Assembly (NCBI GenBank): GCA_951406725.2
Contig: OX597832.1
Location: forward strand, 33,232,001-33,296,000
DNA from: Octopus vulgaris
Lineage: Eukaryota
Direction of reading: 5' to 3'
Length of the DNA: 64,000 nucleotides
Shown: positions 10,359 to 22,232 of the stretch, piece by piece
How the letters are laid out: each line of letters starts with the position of its first letter
Numbering within the stretch: position 1 is the stretch's first letter
The notes under the pieces: generated by a model
The model's database searches: none
Told to the model about the DNA's origin: nothing
The model's input: only the letters and a program-made list of their open reading frames with translations
Translations under genes and position numbers: made by a program

Positions 10359-12460
10359 GAGAATTGCCGGAGCATTGTAGAGAATTGCCGGAGTAATTGT
10401 AGAGAATTGCCGGAGCAAAAACAAAAACCTGAGTATGGCATGGATAGACTACAGGAAAGCGTATGACAGTGTCCCACATAAATGGATACTCAAGGCCCTT
10501 GAGATATACAAGATCTCTCCTGTCGTCTCAAAATTCTTAGAGAATAGCATGACCATGTGGAACACACGTCTCTTTCTAAGCCATAGTAATGGGATGAGCC
10601 AGTCCAACAGCATCAACATCAAACGAGGCATCTTTCAAGGTGACTCCCTCTCTCCATTACTTTTTTGCATGGCACTGATCCCACTCTCAAACGAATTGGA
10701 TAGTACCAGAAATGGTTACAAAGTCTTTAGTAAGTTAATAAACCACCTTTTCTATATGGACGACCTAAAGCAGTTTGTCAGGAATGACCAAGAGCTAGAA
10801 GGGCTGCTAACAACTGTTAAAGAGTTTAGCAATGATATCGGAATGGATTTTGGCCTTGATAAGTGTGCTAAAGCAACTTTTGTAAGAGGCAAGATCAGGC
10901 AAACAGCTTCTGTTAAATTAGATATTGACACTACCATCAAGGAACTTGACCCACAAGAAAGTTACAAATACCTAGGAATCAACGAAGGAGATGGTATACA
11001 TCATGCTACTATGAAGGAAAAAATGAGAAAGGAATACTATAGGAGAATAAGGCTTGTACTGAAGACTGAACTCAACTCCAAAAATTGCATTGAGGCCATT
11101 AACACCCTGGCACTTCCAGTAGTCCAGTACAGTTTTAACATAATTAACTGGAACCTTACGGAACTCCAACGCCTGGACAGGAAGACAAGAAAGTTACTGA
11201 CATCCAGGAGCATGCACCACCCTAAGGCAGATGTAGACCGCTTGTACCTACCTAGAAGCAGCGGGGGAAGAGGAATGATGCAATTAGAGCTGTGCTATAA
11301 GAACTCTACTGTAGGAATGAACAGGTACCTACCTAGTACAAAGGACTGGATGCTGCGACTTGTGTGCGAACACGAAAGCAGCAAAAAGCTGCATTCTATT
11401 GTCAAGGAAGCTTATAAGTTCGAAAGGGAACTAGACATTAACCTTGAATCAGATGAAGAGCCGGAAACCACTGCTACCAAGCAAGCAAAGCGAATCAAGC
11501 AGACTGCAAAAAAGAACGGGCAGAATCAAATTGAGAGGCGGTGGAGCCAGAAGCCCCTGCATGGACAATATATTCTCCGAAGCCAAAATGCTGATGTAGA
11601 CCAAGCAACAACCCATCAGTGGCTGAAGAGTTCTGGATTGAAAGCAGAGACTGAAGGCTTCATAATGGCAGCACAAGATCAAAGCTTGTTTACCAGAAAT
11701 TACCAGGCTAACGTTCTCCGAAACGGTACTGACCCTAAATGCAGATTCTGTGACACATTTGACGAAACAATAGACCATCTCGTTTCGGGATGTCCTGTGC
11801 TGACACCAAACGAATACAAAAATCGCCACGATAGGGTAGGACAGTATATACATTTGAAGATATGTAAACACTACAAATTCGGCACTCCTGCTAACTGGTA
11901 TGAACACCATCCTCAGCCAGTTGTTGAAGGTAAAAATGTCACCATCCTCTGGGATTTTCCAGTCAACACTGACAGAACGATCAAGGCTAATCGACCAGAC
12001 ATAATTGTTAAAGACAGGGAAGAAAATACCTGCAGACTAATAGAAGTAAGCGTACCCACTGATAAAAATATATCTGTAAAGGAATTTGACAAACTTAGTA
12101 AATATAAGGACCTGGAAATAGAAATACAGAGGATGTGGAATCTTAAAACAAAAACTGTTCATGTTATTGTGGGTGCCCTAGGTATGATAAAAAAGGGATG
12201 TCAGAAACACCTAGACAATATCCCTGGAAAACCATGTCTCAAGGAAATCCAAAAGATTGTGCTAACAAGTACTGCCCACATCCTTAGAAAAACCCTATCA
12301 ATGTAAATGTTTGTGTTTGCATTACATGGAGATATATCTCTACTTCCCCTCCCCAAGCTTTCAGCTATATTTCATCAACTCTTAACCTTCACTTGCCCTA
12401 GGGCGCTGGGTGTGCCCCGGCAGGTGATTGCATCAAACATGCAGATTAAAAGTAAATGAC
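10359..12460 (+). mobile_element. 5'-truncated R4/Dong-like RLE retrotransposon inserted in a (TAA)n microsatellite
   Basis: ORF above plus about 155 bp of 3' UTR, bounded by (TAA)n at 10263-10358 and 12461-12531. Dong elements are known to target TAA repeats. Confidence 0.9.
10435..12306 (+). CDS. Reverse transcriptase + CCHC zinc finger + restriction-like (PD-D/ExK) endonuclease of an R4/Dong-clade non-LTR retrotransposon (5'-truncated ORF, 623 aa)
   Basis: RT motifs AWIDYRKAYDSVPH, KRGIFQGDSLSPLLF, HLFYMDDLK, FGLDKC, YKYLG. RLYLPRSSGGRG. CCHC finger CRFCDTFDETIDHLVSGC. RHD motif. REL motif RPDIIVKD...IEVSVP...KYKDL. No stops in 1.87 kb. Confidence 0.95.
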   Translation: MAWIDYRKAYDSVPHKWILKALEIYKISPVVSKFLENSMTMWNTRLFLSHSNGMSQSNSINIKRGIFQGDSLSPLLFCMALIPLSNELDSTRNGYKVFSKLINHLFYMDDLKQFVRNDQELEGLLTTVKEFSNDIGMDFGLDKCAKATFVRGKIRQTASVKLDIDTTIKELDPQESYKYLGINEGDGIHHATMKEKMRKEYYRRIRLVLKTELNSKNCIEAINTLALPVVQYSFNIINWNLTELQRLDRKTRKLLTSRSMHHPKADVDRLYLPRSSGGRGMMQLELCYKNSTVGMNRYLPSTKDWMLRLVCEHESSKKLHSIVKEAYKFERELDINLESDEEPETTATKQAKRIKQTAKKNGQNQIERRWSQKPLHGQYILRSQNADVDQATTHQWLKSSGLKAETEGFIMAAQDQSLFTRNYQANVLRNGTDPKCRFCDTFDETIDHLVSGCPVLTPNEYKNRHDRVGQYIHLKICKHYKFGTPANWYEHHPQPVVEGKNVTILWDFPVNTDRTIKANRPDIIVKDREENTCRLIEVSVPTDKNISVKEFDKLSKYKDLEIEIQRMWNLKTKTVHVIVGALGMIKKGCQKHLDNIPGKPCLKEIQKIVLTSTAHILRKTLSM

Positions 12461-12464
12461 AATG

Positions 12465-12532
<68 letters not shown>

Positions 12533-14798
12533 TCTTATTATTATTTGAAAGCATTTCGATCATCACCCTATTTAGATTTGGATTCAAAACTTAAAGGGCT
12601 GTACCTAACTACCACAAAGTATTATGCCTAACACAAACGAATTTACCACTTGAAAAAAGAAAACGAAAAGATTATTAAATATTTATTACTGAGCAGCAGG
12701 GTACATTTGCATTTTTATTTGATATTTACGATTCTTCCATCAAATGTTTCAAATTTGAATTTTCGTATCGAGCTTTATTAAATGTCATAGCGGTTATAAA
12801 AATAAACAGAATGCAAAAGCGATAATTTTACATCATAAATTCATAGCACAGAATATCTTTTAGATATTGGTGCTTATAATTTTTAGCATTTTCAAAAATA
12901 TATCAAATATTGTGATCACGTTTTTATAAGATAAGTCGGTCTTTCCTGAAACTAACGCAGACTTTGTACTTTGAGTATTAGCTTCTCTTGTCAGATTAAA
13001 ATAGGACATAGGATACGAGTTAAATAAAGTCAGCAAAGTGTAACCTAGAAATTCTTGGCATGGTCATGAATTTGGATTTGAATCCTGTCTTTTATGACTG
13101 TCTGTGAGATATGAGCTGGAGAATGCGTGGTGCTTATATGGAACATTTATAGAAGTAATCGTTCAGCAAAAAAAAGAGGAAAAAATTCAAACTCGGAGGC
13201 TTATAAGCTTAGTGCTATAGTAATGAAGGCGGCAAATAAAAGAGAACTTACAGTAGAAAACATAGCACTGTTTGTTTCCATTCTCTGTTGTTTGGGTTCA
13301 AATTCCGCCGAGGTCAACTTTAGTTGTCATCCTTTTGCGTCGAGAACAGATCGTCAGTACAAGACGTTGGTGAAACCGTGAGTGGGTCGACAAAAAGCAT
13401 GGCGGTGTCTCTTCCGGGCGTTTTTGTTCTTACGACAACGCTTTTGACGACGCTGGTGCTGTGCTATATTCCTGGTTGGGCGAGTGAGAGGACTTTCAGT
13501 TCGAGAAAATAACTGGCGTGAAAAGGAGACAATTGTGTACAGAAGCAACTGATATACTTTCTGAAAAATCTTTCCCAAACCCGCCCATATGTGCATAGAC
13601 AAATATTTACCTTGAACTGACAGACACCACCAACACTGCCAATTATCGAATATAATATTTTAAGATGATAGTTTTGCGATGTTCGATAGCTACCTCTAGT
13701 AAATGAAGCGGCACCATAGATACACACTTTTGCCAATTGCACGGAAAGTTGTCTTTATATGATGCGTTTCTATTGAATTCCACTCCTTTGCTATGTTTTG
13801 TGTCTTCAGCACTGTCCAGAAGTGGAAATTGGCATACGGTGTAAATTGGGCATTTAAAACAAAATATCTCATACAGCTCAGCGTTGAATACATGCCATTT
13901 ATTCTAGACAGGGAAAAAGAGTGATTGGAAAAGAAGATATCGATTTCAAAGCAGCACTGGTACTTTATCGACCAAGAAATAAAGACATGTAAATTCGATC
14001 ACGAAACGGTTTGAACTCGATAGTGCAAAGCTAACTTACCAATATTCTAAGGACTCTGTTGATTGGCTGCCTTCAGCTTTTAAACTTCAGATCACTTTGT
14101 CGAATACAATGTTTATTAATTCACATAGTTTCGAATTAATCAGGCATTATCTCATAACTCTGAGATTTTGATGATGCGGTTATTTCGTTATGGTAGGTAT
14201 GAGAAGTTAGATCTAGCCAGTTTGAACATAAAACAGAAATATTTTTGCTGGTTATGGCCGGTTTGAATATTAATTTTTTAATGTAAGAGTAACCGAGGAA
14301 TTGGACCACCAAAGTATATTCAGCAGAAGTTATAAAAATAAATTGATATTTTATTAAATATTATTCAAAATAAAATTTAAAAGTAAACTATGTTAAAGTT
14401 GTGTAAATAAAAAAAGTGCATCGGAAGTATTGGAAAGAAAACAAACTCGATATATTTTTTTCTACGATAAATTCCAAATAAACGAACGAGTAAAAATTGC
14501 GTTATCTTGTTGCCTTAATGAAATTTCACAGAGTGAATATAACAGTTTCATATCTACAGTCTCTCTTCTGATAGGTTTTCTAAGATTTCTTTCATGAATT
14601 CTAATCAATATTTTAGAAAAGTCTCCAAAAGATAAAATTATTTTGTTTGTTTTGTTATTACTTATACACAAAACAAACATAGTCATGTAGGAAATATGTA
14701 GCAGTGACTGATGAGTTTCACATAGATTTTTTTTCTCTGATAAGTCTGAGGTAGTTTAATATTAGAAAAAGAATATTTGTGACAGGAGTGGAAATGTT

Positions 14799-14859
<61 letters not shown>

Positions 14860-15022
14860 TATATATAGTTGAAATTTACAGAAAAGCAAAAGACGAAGAC
14901 AGGTGTGTAAACAAGTAGGTGTATTAGTTTGACGCTCGGGAAGGTGAGAAAGTCTCACACGTTTCGAGCCTACTCTCTTCACACACACACGCACACATAT
15001 ATATATATACATATATATATAA

Positions 15023-15055
<33 letters not shown>

Positions 15056-15132
15056 CATGTATATAGTATATACATATAATATATATATATATATAATATA
15101 TATATAATATATATATATATATGTGTATGTAC

Positions 15133-15178
<46 letters not shown>

Positions 15179-15189
15179 ATATATAAACT

Positions 15190-15493
15190 GGCACTCGGTC
15201 GGTTATGATGACGAGGGTTCATCAGATCCAAAAAACTGTTTGCTTGTGAAATCAATGTTCAAGTGGCTGAACTTTCCAGGGACGCGCCTAGCCTTCGCGT
15301 AATTCAGTGGAACGTCAGCAGGACACGGAACAGGACAAAGCTAGCACTTTGAATTACAGGTACAACTCGTTTTTGTTAGATGAGTGGATTGAAGCAACGT
15401 GAAATAAAGCGTCTTGCTCAAGGACACAACGCCTCGCCAGGAATTGAACTCACAACCTAACGATTGGGAGCCGAATATCCTAACCACTAAGCC
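15190..15493 (-). mobile_element. tRNA-derived SINE sharing its 3' half with the 25969 SINE
   Basis: Minus-strand head ggcttagtggttagg...gagttcaattcc. The 3' tail is similar to 26200-26350. Confidence 0.75.
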
Positions 15494-15560
15494 TTCACAC
15501 ACTCACACACATATTCATATAAAACAATGAAGTGATAATTGAATAAATGATTATTTAATG

Positions 15561-15657
15561 GATTTCATAAACTTACAGCTGTTTCTGCTCTCAAATGCAG
15601 TGGACTCATAGTTGAGTGCACTAACAACACCTTAAGGCTTCGTCAGAACCTTGAATC
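15561..15657 (-). ncRNA. Type I hammerhead ribozyme motif
   Basis: Minus strand CTGACGA-AGCCTTAAGG...GTGCACTCA acta TGAGTCCAC...TTTGAGAGCA-GAAA-CAGCTG-TA. Palindromic helix III ACAGCTGT, GUA site, GU-rich helix I. Confidence 0.65.
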
Positions 15658-15948
15658 TGAAATGCAATTTATTTTTTAAAATATTACATATTGTCCATAT
15701 ATAGGAAAATGTCAACAGAGATGTATATAACATTCACGTGGTGCTGGTGATTTTTGTCCTCCTCTGGACACCTCCGTTTTTTTTCCGACGAAGAACTATG
15801 ATCGAAACCTCAAAATTTCTCTTTTTACCGGGCGTCAAAATAATGTATGCCCTGCGCACATCTTCTTGTCTGTTATTCTTACATTTAATGTCGATTTTCA
15901 ATTTAATTTTATGTATATCTATCTCTCTCTCTCTCTCTCCCTCTCTCT

Positions 15949-15989
<41 letters not shown>

Positions 15990-17910
15990 GAGACAATCAC
16001 AGTATGTATGCAGAAAGATAGATCTGTATTCATATTGATCTGTTCACATCACGCAGCTGGAGGACAACAGATGGACACCAGGACAATGGACAGGATGATG
16101 AGGCTGACAAAAGTCAAGATGGCGAGATGATCTCAGCCGCTACATGGCTATTACTAGAAATAGTGGAAGTAGTCCATGGGGGGTTGGGTTCTTTCTTCAA
16201 AAGCAAGGAAGGTTTGGGGAATTAGAATAATCAAAACACTCTGCATACTGAATTGTGGTACGTTATAAGGTTTTAGCTATCACTGCAACTCTCACTCTTG
16301 CTCTCTCTCTCTCTCTCTTTATTTCTCTTACTCTTTCTCTCTCTTTCTCTCACTTTCTCTCCCTTTCTTTCTTTCTGTCTTTCTTTCTTTATCTCTCTCT
16401 CTCCCCAGTCTTTCTTTCTTTATCTCTCTCTCTCCCCTGTCTCTCTTTCTCTCCTTCTCCCTCAGTACACGCTTAACATTCAGCTAAAAGTTATTCCAGG
16501 CGTTGCCCCATCATGACCACACTCTAATGATAGCAACCAGTAAATAATGAAAGATAGAATGTTAACGGAAACCATGGCGAATATTTCGCAATTCGTCCTT
16601 TTAAGGCAAATGGGAAAAATAAGGCTGAGATTCGTTTACCAAAGAACCAGAAATGCATGGAACAAACTAGAAATAGTTACAAAAGCGGTAACACCAGCAT
16701 TAATAGCAGTTGTATAAATTACAAGTGGCCATAATATGCATAAGTTTTGTACGGTATGTGTATCCCAAACTAAAGATACAAGTATTACACTAAAACTATA
16801 CCAAAACTGAATTACCATTTTAAGTTTATTGCCTCGAAAAATAGACGTATGTTGATGCAATTTAAATACGCCTAATAAAATCATCCTGTAACTTATAGGA
16901 TCCCTATCCAAAATGTTAAAATTTATTTATCGCTCGCAAGATTCCACCTTCTTTATTCTCATATTACATATCTCAACTCCTCCATCAGAGAATATCAACA
17001 GAACCTGAAATAAAAAATACCAAATTCGAACTTGATTCGGATGATTTAAGCTGAGCAAACAAACTGAACAAAGGTGATCGTGCGAATGCTGATTGTGCAT
17101 ATTCAAATCCATGGAGAAATTAACAGCAAGTTGTATTTAAATAAAAAGGAAATGCGCTTTTAGATAATCGCAATCATAAAATAGACACAGAATTTTAAAT
17201 TTCATATCGCGATATCGTGATAACAGTTGGGTTAACGTTAATATACGTAATTTACTACCTTCATGAAGTAAGGATGTGATACTTAGAGTGTTAAACCCTG
17301 ATAGAAACAATACCTTCGAACATTAAATTTTAAGCAAAATTTACTTTAATGCTGCGATAAAATAAAAGCTGTTCCAACTTCGATATAATATGAACACCCA
17401 GGGTACAATTAGGTGTGTAATGTTAAGGAAGGTGGGGAAAACAGCAATTTATTTCGCTTGTAGATTTCTTCTATAATTTTATGACTTTAGAGAACAGTTC
17501 AGAAGTGTACACACACATACACACACACACACACATATATACATACATACACACACACTTACATATATATTATTATTATTGATTTCTAATTAACGGTTCT
17601 CTGCTAAGGGTTTTGCTTCATAAGTGAAAAAATATTGACCCGTCTACGTTTACGTATCTGTGTTGGTATTTTCATTAGTGCACGCACACTCAAATTGTGT
17701 GCGTGTTTGTGTGGTGTGTGTGTTCATGTATGTGTGTTTGTGTATATATTTACGCAGATGCATATGTATGTCTGTAGTTGTGTTTATATGCTTGCATGCA
17801 TATGTAGATATGTGTCCATGAGTGTATGTATGTATATATATATATATATATATGCACATACACACACACACACATATATATAGAGAAGAATGTGTATATT
17901 TTTATGTATT

Positions 17911-18680
17911 ATATGAAATGAGTTCAAAAAGTTCGCGACTTTACTTTTCCTGCGAAATATAATTCCTCGCGGGGAAAATCCTTGTGATGGGATAGAAAAT
18001 TTGGTGTCGGTAGGGCGCGTAAGTTCCCAGCTGTTACGCCTAGATTACAGATCTCTTGTGCGCGCCCCTTATATATTCGTTATCATGTAAGATGACCGAA
18101 CATATCGAGCAGATGCCATAAACCCAGGGCTCATCAACAGTGGTTATTGTCTTCATGAAATCCGGGTCGCAGTTTGCAGTCCAACAAGTCTTGAGCGATT
18201 TGCATGTAAAGTTGGTTCTGCTGCCAACACTTTGGTGACAAATATCGTCGACACTCCCTACATCGACAAGTCCTCCTTTAAAATGGATTGCACTGATCCT
18301 CTCCTCATTCCCACTTCGTGGGGAATTTATTGGGTTGATACACGTTAGTCTCACTTGACTATTTGCCGTATCGTCTCAGTCGGCTCCACGTTTCATCTTT
18401 TGGATGATCTCCTTGTCCATACTGCACACTCCATTGAGTTCCTGCTATGTTTAAAGCGGTTGTACCACACTGAGTTTTGCCCATGGTACCACCAATAAAG
18501 GCCTGTTCATTCTTCTGGATAGTCTGAGCTTGTGTATTTCTAAGCTTTTCACAAAAATTGTCTGCTCAATGCGTTCGGTCACAAAGCGTTATGACGAAAA
18601 TTCGACGAACGCTCACCATTCGTCTGTAGTCTAGGAGTAACAGCTAGGAACTGACACGACTACCGTCGCGAAAAGAAAGG
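17911..18680. mobile_element. Rearranged mariner relic
   Basis: Minus strand has mariner-like pieces TERIEQ, MGKTQ..WYNRFK and DPDFMKTITTVDEPWVYG. A second 5' end lies on the plus strand at about 18015-18115. Confidence 0.7.
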
Positions 18681-18974
18681 TTAATATATATTATATAATA
18701 TATATATAATATATATATATATTATCTCCCCTTCTTCCTAGCTTTCCTGTGTGACCCCTCTGTCCGGTATTCGCCATGATAGATCGCTAGCCACTAAACC
18801 TTTTTCTATTTTCTCTCACTATTTATTTCTGTGTTCCTTTCTGTCGAAGAGCGTAGGCTTGAACCGTAAAAGACTTTCTCGCTTCCCGAGCGTTAAACTA
18901 ATACATGTTTGTTGTTTACCCACCCGTCTTCGCCTTTTTGTTTTTTTGTAAATACTCACCGTATGAAAGTGTGG

Positions 18975-19040
<66 letters not shown>

Positions 19041-19355
19041 CAAATAATTTAGGATAAAAGCAAATTTATATAACTTCTAACCTACGTACGTTTTCCCATT
19101 GTGCTTTTTCAAAATCTGCATTGAATGATAGACTGAATTGCAACAGGTAGCTTAACCACAATGAATCGTCAAGGAATTCTTTATTCTATTAATTTACAGG
19201 TTAAAGTTTGGATTTTGTGCTTGAGCGCCCACTTGCACTTGAGAAATCCACTACGGTGTTCTAATCGATGAGAGCAACGCCCTAATCAATAGTCCATGCA
19301 TTCTCATACGAACAAATATATTACTGGCCTATATATATATATATATATATACAGA

Positions 19356-19394
<39 letters not shown>

Positions 19395-19609
19395 ATAGAT
19401 GCGATGAGTCTCTTTCAATTTCCGTTTATCAGTCCAGCACTGAGAGAGAATTCGTCGGCACGGGAGTGTAGTTGCTGAAACTTCCCAACATTGCCACACA
19501 ATGTGATTGAACCCGGAACCAAGGCGTTGGGTAACAAACTTTATATCCATACACTTATGTGTGTGTTTGTGTGCGCGCTTATAGTCAGTGAGAGAGAGAT
19601 ATAGAGAGA

Positions 19610-19650
<41 letters not shown>

Positions 19651-20146
19651 CGAGAGAGGGAGAGAGAGAGAGAGGGGGAGAGAAAGAGCTATACAGTGAT
19701 ATATAACATTTTATGATAGAAGATGTTTTAAGTTTCTGTTAGAAATAATTCATCACTGTATATACTGGTTTCTATATTGACGGTCTTATTTTCATGTTTA
19801 TTTTTATTTCGTTTTAACTTCATTTCCCTCTGTTTTCATTTATATAGTTTTATTGTATCGATATCGTTCGCTGACGTATTGTCTGATGTTATTGAGACAG
19901 TTTATTTTTTAACAGTTTATTTATTTGAAATTATTCTCTTTGACGACGTGGCGATTATTTGAAAATTTTGAATTGTTTTAAAACATTTTTAATATTTGTT
20001 GTCGAAATACATCGAAGTGAGAAACTTACAACATCTCTTTCGCCAATAACATGATATATTTATACATGAATACTTACATACTCAGACACTTACACATATA
20101 CATATGTGTATGTGTGTATATGTGTATGTATAAATGTATATGCTGG

Positions 20147-20178
<32 letters not shown>

Positions 20179-20394
20179 CGTGTGTGTGTGTATGTCTCTC
20201 AGTGAGGTCGTTTGTGTATATATATGTGATGGTGTAGTTACAGGTGTGTCTCTTTGCATCTCCTACTGTGATTGATGTGATTAACACTGACTTTTTAATT
20301 GTGCACAGATTTCAGAGCCATTGTTCTGACAGACACCCACATACATATACATGCGTACACACACACACACACGTACACACACGCACGCACACAT

Positions 20395-20476
20395 ATCTTT
20401 ACAGCTTTTCTGCTATGAGATGTAATGCACTCAGAGCTGAGCTATGGGGCAACATCTGATAGCCTCCTCAGACTCG
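20395..20476 (-). ncRNA. Degenerate hammerhead ribozyme motif
   Basis: Minus strand CTGAGGA-GGCTATCAGATGT...ACATCTCATAGCA-GAAA-AGCTG-TA. Helix II is strong, helices I and III are damaged. Confidence 0.55.
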
Positions 20477-20521
20477 TATATATATATTATCAAAATACGC
20501 AACAAGGATATCCAGAGATAA

Positions 20522-20608
20522 TGCAGGACGATCGTTTCATGCAACTCCATTTAATTTAACAATGCAATCGTTACATCAATTTAAAATGCAGAGTAATCTT
20601 CAGCTGCA
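20522..20608 (-). ncRNA. Type I hammerhead ribozyme motif
   Basis: Minus strand TGCAG-CTGAAGA-(long hairpin)-GAAA-CGATCG-TC-CTGCA. Perfect helix I TGCAG/CTGCA, palindromic helix III ACGATCGT, GUC site. Confidence 0.75.
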
Positions 20609-20961
20609 CAAAGACATAGAATTTAATTAATTAGAACATATGGACACATTAGTATAATTGCAATTGTGTGTATCCACAGCTTTGCATTCTAAATGGCTTC
20701 ACAAATAGCGTAGTTCTGTTCGTGACTTGTAACACAGTGTAAATGTTTGTGGCTCTAAACATACTTGCGACGCGCGATATTACTGGTATCGGGCTAACGT
20801 TGTTTGCATTCATTGTGTCAGAACTCAGGAAAGGATAAATCTGAGGGGAAAACAGAGAGAGAGCAAGGGGGAAGAGAAAGGGTAGTGAGTGAGAAATAGA
20901 AGGAATAGGAAGGGCAGCGAGTGTGTGAGAGAGAGAAGGAGAGAGAGAGAAATAAAGATAA

Positions 20962-21022
<61 letters not shown>

Positions 21023-22100
21023 CAAATATCAAATATATCTTACTTTGCAATTTCTGCAAAGCATTTTATGGAACGACTGATAAAATGAAATGCAATGCTT
21101 ATTTAAAAACTGACTCAACTCCCTGAGCGATGATACAACCTGGTTAAAATGCGTGCAGTTTTCATTTTAATATATTATCATAATGATGGATGTTATTGCG
21201 ATAGAGGGAAATACCATTATTCATGGTCTGCAACTTTCGCCTGCGAGATTTGGTCGACATGAATAATGTTATATTTTACTTATGCATGGAATTATAAGAG
21301 TAAATCTGGTTAAACGCCGATAAAGTTTAAGACTAAATACTCAAAAATATTTGGACTTTGTGTTCGAGGCGAGTGTAAAATACAGCTGCTGCTTCTAACA
21401 CGACTCACGCTGTATCGAGGTGTCTCATCGCTTCCAAACAATTTCATTGGTTTTCTTTTCTTTTAGATTAATTCTAGTAAACCTCTTATTAAAGGCAAAC
21501 TCGAGTATTCCGTGGTTTTCGTAGCCCGAATATCGAATTTATGTCTCCCTTTATAAGTATGGATTATCTAAGTGCAGTTAAGCTGTTTTTCGGGTATTTC
21601 GAGCTACCAGTTATAGGCAGTCTTGATAGTTTTGGATCAATCTGTTTAAGAAAATGATGAAGCCGTGACACGTTACTTGTACGTGTCCTATATTAGTTAC
21701 TAGGTGCACAAAGGCATCCTTTGCTATATGAATTGTCAGACGGAATTCACCTCCATAACACGGAATGAATGTGACTTTGTATCATGTTGTCTGACATACC
21801 TCTATAAGATATCGGTATTTGAATGGTAACGTGGCCAATCCACAGTTTTCCGGTGTACATATGTACGCAATCCATATTTTACTGATAAATTGACTACACT
21901 TAGGTTTGGGGCTGTACACATAGAAATAGTAATTAATTTAACAAAACTAACCGTCAATACTGTGTTGTTTCTCTAAAAGTCCAATGAGAACGAAATCAAT
22001 AATCGGCTTTCTGTTATGCCGATGTAAGTAATTTGTTCTCTTAAAGATAAGGTGAAAACACGCGGGTTTATGGTGTGCCTATAAATTTTGTCTTTTTCAG

Positions 22101-22232
22101 CTGCAATTCCGAGGAGATCTACGTATATGGGAAATTCCTCGAACCACAATTGCCTTTCTTTTGTTCTTCTCACGTTTTGCAAATGTGACTCCATTACATA
22201 TGATGAAGAATTGTAAAGCAGGAGAAAATTTG
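22101..22232 (+). other. Putative spliced exon (132 bp)
   Basis: Strong acceptor ttttgtctttttcag and donor GTAAGT. It is preceded by a 77-bp GTAAGT...CAG intron-like segment. One frame is open (LQFRGDLRIWEIPRTTIAFLLFFSRFANVTPLHMMKNCKAGENL). Confidence 0.4.
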
